DNA from: Fastidiosibacter lacustris
GTDB lineage: Bacteria; Pseudomonadota; Gammaproteobacteria; Francisellales; Francisellaceae
Direction: 5' to 3'
DNA: 13,302 bases
Assembly: GCF_003428155.1 (NCBI RefSeq)
Contig: NZ_QLIR01000030.1
Coordinates: 1-13,302 of the forward strand
Part shown: one piece after another, positions 8,207 to 13,302 of the stretch
How the letters are laid out: each line of letters begins with the position of its first letter
How positions within the stretch are numbered: the first letter of the stretch is position 1
Program-made: the position numbers and the translations under genes
Notes under the pieces: model-generated
The model's input: only the letters and a program-made list of their open reading frames with translations
Told to the model about the DNA's origin: nothing
The model's database searches: none

Positions 8207-8817
8207 ATTTCCATATTGATTTTGAGTTGTTTCTTTTTATTATGCTTTTTACGCCAATGCACAAAAAAGCTTATGCCAAAAATGATAATAAATAAAAGAA
8301 CCATCGATATAATCCAATGCTCTTTAACCAAGTCTAGCAATGATAATTTATGCAGAATAACCTGAAGTGCACTGCCAAAATAATATCCACCCAACAAGAA
8401 AACAAACACCCATATAACGCCACCAATAAAATCAAAAATTAAGAATTTAAAATTTGTAATTGTACTCATTCCAAGCGCAAATGGAATAATTGTACGTAAC
8501 CCATAAGCGAAGCGAAAACCCAAGATCAACCAAAAGTTATACTTGTCGATCAGCATACTAATCCGATTAACCTTAGGCTGCCAATTTGGTTTACGACTTA
8601 AGATCTTAGGACCAATAAATCGTCCTAAACAAAATAAGAAGGAGTCGTGAAGCAAACAACCAATAATTGATAATACAATAATCCAGCCTAAATCCAGCAT
8701 ATCTGCGGCAGCCGCAACACCACCTAAGATCAAAAATGTTTCACCTTCAATAATAGCAGCACCAAACATAAGCCAATAACCCCATTGTTGAATCAATGCA
8801 ATATGTTCTGGTGTCAT
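8203..8817 (-). CDS. DedA family membrane protein
   Basis: Multi-TM protein with IEGETFLILGGVAAA and GFRFAYGLRTIIPFALG motifs. Overlaps the next gene by 4 nt. Confidence 0.88.
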   Translation of the reverse strand: MTPEHIALIQQWGYWLMFGAAIIEGETFLILGGVAAAADMLDLGWIIVLSIIGCLLHDSFLFCLGRFIGPKILSRKPNWQPKVNRISMLIDKYNFWLILGFRFAYGLRTIIPFALGMSTITNFKFLIFDFIGGVIWVFVFLLGGYYFGSALQVILHKLSLLDLVKEHWIISMVLLFIIIFGISFFVHWRKKHNKKKQLKINMEI

Positions 8818-8926
8818 CGTTACCTCTTTACTTGTTATCTATTTTCAGTTTAATCATCAACGCTCTAAGAAGCCTTGTCGCTTATTGCAACGGTTATATA
8901 TCCTCTTAAAATTCCATTGCTTATTT

Positions 8927-8943
8927 AAAATGCAAAGCATTTT
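8927..8943 (-). terminator. Possible weak hairpin just after the aroC stop (AAAATGC-TTT-GCATTTT)
   Basis: 7-bp stem, 3-nt loop directly past the aroC stop codon at 8945-8947; no real U-tract beyond the stem, so terminator function is doubtful. Confidence 0.25.
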
Positions 8944-8944
8944 A

Positions 8945-10006
8945 TTACAAATTTTGTGCTTTATGCTGTAAATATTGATCTACTAAAACCAATGCCAACA
9001 TTGCCTCAGCAATCACAACGCCTCTAATTCCAACACATGGATCATGACGCCCTTTTGTCACAACTTGACAGTCATTGCCATAAATATCGACTGAACGCCC
9101 TGGTATCAAAATACTTGAAGTCGGTTTAAAAGCAATACTGACTAAAATATCTTGCCCTGATGAAATTCCACCCAAAATACCACCAGCATGATTGCTTAAA
9201 AAGCCTAGCTGTTTAGTATATTCATCACGATGCTCACTCCCCTTTTGCTTAACAACGTCAAAACCATCGCCAATAGCAACTGCCTTTACCGCGTTAATAC
9301 TCATTAATGCTTTAGCAATTTCGGCATCTAAACGACTAAATACAGGCTCACCGAAACCAATAGGCACATTTTTAGCTACGATATTGACTTTGGCTCCTAT
9401 TGAGTTTCCTTGCTTGCGTATACTGTGGATTAATTCCTCAAGCGCTGGAATTTTCTGTGGATCTGCACAAAAAAATGGATTTTGTTCAATAAAATCAGGT
9501 GTTTTAAGATCAAGCTCAATATCACCAATTTGAGAAACATAGCCAAAAATTTCAATATTAAATTGTTGTTTCAATATTTTTTTAGCAATCGCACCTGCTG
9601 CAACACGCATCGCTGTCTCACGTGCAGAAGACCTCCCCCCACCGCGATAATCACGAATACCATATTTATGAAAATAGGTAAAATCAGCATGTCCTGGTCG
9701 AAACTGGTCTTTAATCTCACCATAGTCTTTAGACTTTTGATCGACATTTTCAATTAGTAATCCAATCGGCGTGCCCGTTGTTTTACCTTCAAACACTCCA
9801 GATAAAATCCTCACCTGATCAGGTTCTGTGCGTTGAGTTGTAAATTTTGATTGTCCTGGTTTTCTACGATCTAAATCTTTTTGTAAATCGACTTCACATA
9901 GTTCAATACTCGAAGGACAGCCATCAATAATTGCACCTAAAGCCAATCCATGACTTTCTCCAAAAGTAGTGACACGAAACAATTCTCCAATTGTATTACC
10001 TGGCAT
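8945..10006 (-). CDS. aroC: Chorismate synthase
   Basis: [65 protein letters not shown]; full length. Confidence 0.98.
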   Translation of the reverse strand: MPGNTIGELFRVTTFGESHGLALGAIIDGCPSSIELCEVDLQKDLDRRKPGQSKFTTQRTEPDQVRILSGVFEGKTTGTPIGLLIENVDQKSKDYGEIKDQFRPGHADFTYFHKYGIRDYRGGGRSSARETAMRVAAGAIAKKILKQQFNIEIFGYVSQIGDIELDLKTPDFIEQNPFFCADPQKIPALEELIHSIRKQGNSIGAKVNIVAKNVPIGFGEPVFSRLDAEIAKALMSINAVKAVAIGDGFDVVKQKGSEHRDEYTKQLGFLSNHAGGILGGISSGQDILVSIAFKPTSSILIPGRSVDIYGNDCQVVTKGRHDPCVGIRGVVIAEAMLALVLVDQYLQHKAQNL

Positions 10007-10958
10007 GATTATTCAACCCTGCTTCAAACGCTTTTTTATAGGTAATGAGCTCTTGATAAGTAAGTAAAAATACACCTTCTCCACCGTCTTCAAAGTTAAG
10101 CCAGGTAAAAGGCACCTCAGAAAACGCTTCACATAAAGCACATTGACTATTACCCACTTCAACGATTAAAATTCCATCTTCAGTAAGATAATCAGAAGCT
10201 TCAATTAAAATTCTGCGCGTAATATCCAAACCATCCTCTCCTGAACCTAGTGCCAGTATTGGTTCTTTTAAGTATTCTTCAGGCATAGAAGATAAATCCT
10301 CATGATCAACATAAGGTGGATTCGATACAATTAAATCAAATTTTTGTCCTTGCACGGAATTGAATAAATCTGAATAGACAGTCTTAACACGATTTTCTAA
10401 ATTATGAAGCTTGATATTTTTTTCAGCCACAGCAAGAGCATCTTCAGAAATATCGACTAAAGTCACTTGTGCTTGATCAAACACATGCGCACAACTTATA
10501 CCAATGCAACCACTACCTGTACACAAATCAAGTATTCTTAATACTTTATTATGATTGACCCATGGTTCAAACTCATTGCGAATAAGTTCACCTATTGGTG
10601 AACGCGGTACAATTACGCGCTGATCGACATAAAACTTCATACCAGCAAACCAAGCTGTTTTAGTTAAATATGGCAAGGGTATACGATCTACTACTCGCCG
10701 ATATACCCATTTGATCACTTTTTGACGCTCAACGTGTGTCAAGCGTGCATCTAAAATTCTGTCATCTATGTCAAGCGGCAAATAAAGTGCTTGTAATACC
10801 AAATGAACTGCTTCATCCCAAGCTGAATCGGTGCCATGCCCATAGAATAACTCAGCTTCTAAAAAACGACTTGATGCCCAGCGTAGATAATCGCGTATAG
10901 TTTCTAAATCTGAAGCTAAAGCATCAACGTTGACATCTGTACCAAATACATCACTCAT
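9996..10958 (-). CDS. prmB: 50S ribosomal protein L3 N(5)-glutamine methyltransferase
   Basis: Class I SAM methyltransferase with [12 protein letters not shown] and catalytic NPPY ([14 protein letters not shown]); N-terminus typical of PrmB; adjacent to aroC. Confidence 0.93.
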   Translation of the reverse strand: MSDVFGTDVNVDALASDLETIRDYLRWASSRFLEAELFYGHGTDSAWDEAVHLVLQALYLPLDIDDRILDARLTHVERQKVIKWVYRRVVDRIPLPYLTKTAWFAGMKFYVDQRVIVPRSPIGELIRNEFEPWVNHNKVLRILDLCTGSGCIGISCAHVFDQAQVTLVDISEDALAVAEKNIKLHNLENRVKTVYSDLFNSVQGQKFDLIVSNPPYVDHEDLSSMPEEYLKEPILALGSGEDGLDITRRILIEASDYLTEDGILIVEVGNSQCALCEAFSEVPFTWLNFEDGGEGVFLLTYQELITYKKAFEAGLNNHAR

Positions 10959-10959
10959 T

Positions 10960-12354
10960 TTATCCTCTCTTCCACAACGTACCTGTGCCAGTATCTTCTA
11001 GTACAATACCAGATTGAGCCAGTGTATTTCTTATATTATCCGCACTTGCGTAATCTTTTTTTTGCTTAGCTTCAATACGCTGTTGTATCATTGCTTCAAT
11101 TTCACTATCCGGCAATACATTCTCACCACTATGCTTAAAATATGCTTCTGCAGGATAATGCAAAATCCCAAGTACATTTGCTAATTGCAATAATAAGTGT
11201 GCATATTGTGTCGCTCTTTCTATGTTGCTAGCACGATATTTATTGATCTCTTTTGCTAAAGAAAACAAAACAGGCAAAGCTTCAGGTGTATTAAAATCAT
11301 TGTCCATTGCTACTTTAAATGCAGCAATATATTCATCTTTATTATCAGGCAGACCATCTATTTGCATTATTTCAATACCACGCAACGCGGAATATAAACG
11401 CTCAACAGCTGCTTTTGCTTGATCAAGATTTTCTTTTGAATAATTAATTTCACTGCGATATTGACCAGAAATTAGAAAGAAACGCACAACCTCTGGATGA
11501 TATTCGTTAAGCACCTCCTTGATCGTAAAGAAATTATTCAATGACTTGGACATTTTCTCAGCATCAACTTGCACCATTCCTGAATGCAACCAGTAATTGG
11601 CAAAAGTACAGTCATTTGCAGCTTCTGATTGGGCAATTTCATTTTCGTGATGTGGGAAACGTAAATCTGAACCACCCGCGTGAATATCAAAGTTATTCCC
11701 AAGCAGTTTTTTTGACATCGCGGAACATTCAATATGCCAACCCGGACGCCCTTTTCCCCACGGGGAATCCCAACTTGGTTCATTGGTTTTAGAGGCTTTC
11801 CACAACACAAAATCAAGTGGATTTTCTTTTTGCTCATTGCTTGCAACACGCGCACCAATACGTAAGCTTTCTAAACTTTGCTTACTAAGCTTGCCGTAAC
11901 CTTTAAAACTTTCAACACGATAATAAACATCACCATTGCTAGAAACATAGGCATAACCTTTTTCAAGCAACGTTTTGATCATTTGGCACATTTCAGCAAT
12001 TGTTTGAGTAGCACGTGGCTCAAAGTCAGGACGCAAAATATTTAAACGATCTAAATCCTCATACATACTTGCAATCGTTCGCTCAACAAGCATATTGGTT
12101 GATTCATGGTTGTCATTAGCACGCTTAATAATCTTATCATCTATGTCGGTAATATTACGAACGTAAGTCACCTCATATCTACAATAGCGAAAATAGCGCA
12201 AAATCACATCAAATGCAATTTGAGTCCGTGCATGACCAATGTGACAATCATCATAAACCGTCATACCACAAACGTACATTTTAAGTTTTCGTGGTGTAAT
12301 TGGCTGAAAAAGCTCCTTTTTTCCAGATAAGGAATTATATACATAAATACTCAT
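10960..12354 (-). CDS. cysS: Cysteinyl-tRNA synthetase (ORF track extends to a GTG at 12372)
   Basis: YVCGMTVYDDCHIGHART, ADLRFPHHENEIAQ-type motif (GGSDLRFPHHENEIAQSEA), KMSKSLNNF. Start at ATG 12354 (MSIYVYNSLSGKKE) aligns with the family N-terminus. Confidence 0.97.
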   Translation of the reverse strand: MSIYVYNSLSGKKELFQPITPRKLKMYVCGMTVYDDCHIGHARTQIAFDVILRYFRYCRYEVTYVRNITDIDDKIIKRANDNHESTNMLVERTIASMYEDLDRLNILRPDFEPRATQTIAEMCQMIKTLLEKGYAYVSSNGDVYYRVESFKGYGKLSKQSLESLRIGARVASNEQKENPLDFVLWKASKTNEPSWDSPWGKGRPGWHIECSAMSKKLLGNNFDIHAGGSDLRFPHHENEIAQSEAANDCTFANYWLHSGMVQVDAEKMSKSLNNFFTIKEVLNEYHPEVVRFFLISGQYRSEINYSKENLDQAKAAVERLYSALRGIEIMQIDGLPDNKDEYIAAFKVAMDNDFNTPEALPVLFSLAKEINKYRASNIERATQYAHLLLQLANVLGILHYPAEAYFKHSGENVLPDSEIEAMIQQRIEAKQKKDYASADNIRNTLAQSGIVLEDTGTGTLWKRG

Positions 12355-12577
12355 ACAAAACGACTTGTTCACTTCTCATTTAAAAATATCTTGTTATGTT
12401 ACCATCGCCTAAGCAGGGTTTAAATCATTTTCTTATGTTTTGCCACATGCTGTAAAACCTATCCGATAATTTGTTAAAAAAGCAGGACTTTCTAACCGTT
12501 TATTTGGCTAAACTCGATTTTTTCAATTTTTTTTCTATACTCCAGATAACAACTGTTTCACGTCAAAGGAGTGGCAA

Positions 12578-12856
12578 ATGCCTTTTTATTACAATGCAGC
12601 TGACTCAAGAAATAGTGCCCGCGACTTTATTCTCATTACCATTTATACCGATAAATATAAGATTAAAGGTGAGATTTCTGTGCGTACAGGCGTGCGTTTG
12701 ACTGATCACATCAACACAGAAACAACTGGTAAATTCATTGCTCTGCGCAATGCTAAAATTTATATACACGCTAATGACGAACTTATTCGTGAATGTGACT
12801 TTATGAACGTGAACTTAGACAATATTTTATTTCTACATCCTGATCACGGCGCATAA
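12578..12856 (+). CDS. Small DUF6812-like protein
   Basis: SD AAAGGAG 6 nt before the ATG; ILITIYTDKYKIKGEISVRTGVRLTDHINTETTGKFIALRNAKIYI...MNVNLDNILFLHPDHG matches the pattern I recall for this family. Confidence 0.6.
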   Translation: MPFYYNAADSRNSARDFILITIYTDKYKIKGEISVRTGVRLTDHINTETTGKFIALRNAKIYIHANDELIRECDFMNVNLDNILFLHPDHGA

Positions 12857-12859
12857 AAA

Positions 12860-13037
12860 AACAAGCGCTTGCACTTAAGAGTTTAAGTAATAAAGCAATG
12901 ACCTTATGCCAATTATAGAACTGTACAGCAGGATTGATGAAATGTGAAATGCCAGAAGCTAGGCAAGTAGATATAAGATCACCTTGCATACGATCAAAAC
13001 AGGTAAAGTCTAAATGGCAATGGCTATCTGTAAGCAT
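12860..13037 (-). pseudogene. Truncated N-terminal remnant of a TatD-family metal-dependent hydrolase
   Basis: MLTDSHCHLDFTCFDRMQGDLISTCLASGISHFINPAVQFYNWHKVIAL resembles the TatD/YjjV N-terminus with the HxH metal motif; the remaining roughly 200 residues are absent and the frame runs into the antisense of the 12578..12856 gene. Confidence 0.7.
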
Positions 13038-13127
13038 GTTATTTTTCTGACTAAAGTGGAATAATCAAAAATTGTAACAATAATATTTATTTCCTTTTAT
13101 TAAGAATCTGTTAATATCAAAATGTAT

Positions 13128-13157
13128 TTGAAAGTAGATAAATGTTTATATTATAAT
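13128..13157 (+). promoter_or_regulatory. Putative sigma70-like promoter TTGAAA-N18-TATAAT
   Basis: TTGAAA at 13128-13133 and TATAAT at 13152-13157, 18-nt spacer, about 80 nt upstream of the CDS at 13239. Confidence 0.55.
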
Positions 13158-13238
13158 GCCGCCCGTACAACCTGTACAAAATTATAGGACATATAAGGGA
13201 ATTAATAAGGCATATTAAGTATGAGAGGAAAATATTGT

Positions 13239-13302
13239 ATGAAACACACTCAGGCAAAAACATTTAAATATAGCGCACTAGGTCTTGCATTATTACTGAC
13301 TG
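13239..13302 (+). CDS. 5' end of a putative exported protein, truncated by the window edge (MKHTQAKTFKYSALGLALLLT...)
   Basis: ATG at 13239 preceded by AGAGGAAA; N-terminus has positive residues followed by a hydrophobic stretch like a signal peptide; an in-frame upstream ATG at 13221 has no better SD. Confidence 0.55.
   Translation, partial: MKHTQAKTFKYSALGLALLLT

Noticed and set aside
7974-8219. 81-aa plus-strand ORF
   Set aside because: Antisense to the pilZ-like gene.
9192-9533. 113-aa plus-strand ORF
   Set aside because: Fully antisense to the well-conserved aroC gene; its product has no recognisable motif and reads like low-information shadow sequence.
9482-9757. Plus 91-aa and minus 60-aa ORFs (9571..9753)
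   Set aside because: Both overlap aroC out of frame.
11538-11858. 106-aa minus-strand ORF plus plus-strand ORFs at 11222..11422, 11541..11792 and 12106..12330
   Set aside because: Alternative-frame or antisense to cysS, which has full family motifs; no independent evidence.
12471-12701. 76-aa plus-strand ORF overlapping the start of the DUF6812-like gene
   Set aside because: Competes with the 12578 frame, which has a good SD and family-like sequence; this frame has neither.
1-13302. CRISPR array, mobile element, toxin-antitoxin, phage defence or retron-like system
   Set aside because: Reading the window showed no regularly spaced repeats, transposase or integrase, reverse transcriptase, or recognisable defence proteins. 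The AddB-like nuclease is better explained as a DNA repair protein.

Overview
The window is an AT-rich bacterial segment, gammaproteobacterial-like by gene content (this is inference). Most of it is a well-packed housekeeping block on the minus strand, which reads from high to low coordinates: cysS - prmB - aroC - dedA-family - pilZ-like - radA, then a universal stress protein and a large PD-(D/E)XK nuclease-family 'probable DNA repair protein'. The left end is less ordinary. It has an orphan LuxR-type HTH regulator, a cytosolic-looking papain-like (C1) cysteine peptidase with complete Cys/His/Asn residues, and an unlisted small ORF of about 48 codons that starts just after the peptidase stop with a Shine-Dalgarno-like sequence and a TTG start. 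Divergent from these are a secreted DUF2845-like protein and an 81-aa two-TM protein. At the right end are a small DUF6812-like protein, a truncated N-terminal remnant of a TatD-family hydrolase, and the first codons of a putative exported protein behind a good sigma70-like promoter. I saw no CRISPR array, transposase, rRNA, tRNA or clear defence island. The C1 peptidase / small ORF / LuxR neighbourhood is the best candidate for something undescribed, but only as a hypothesis.
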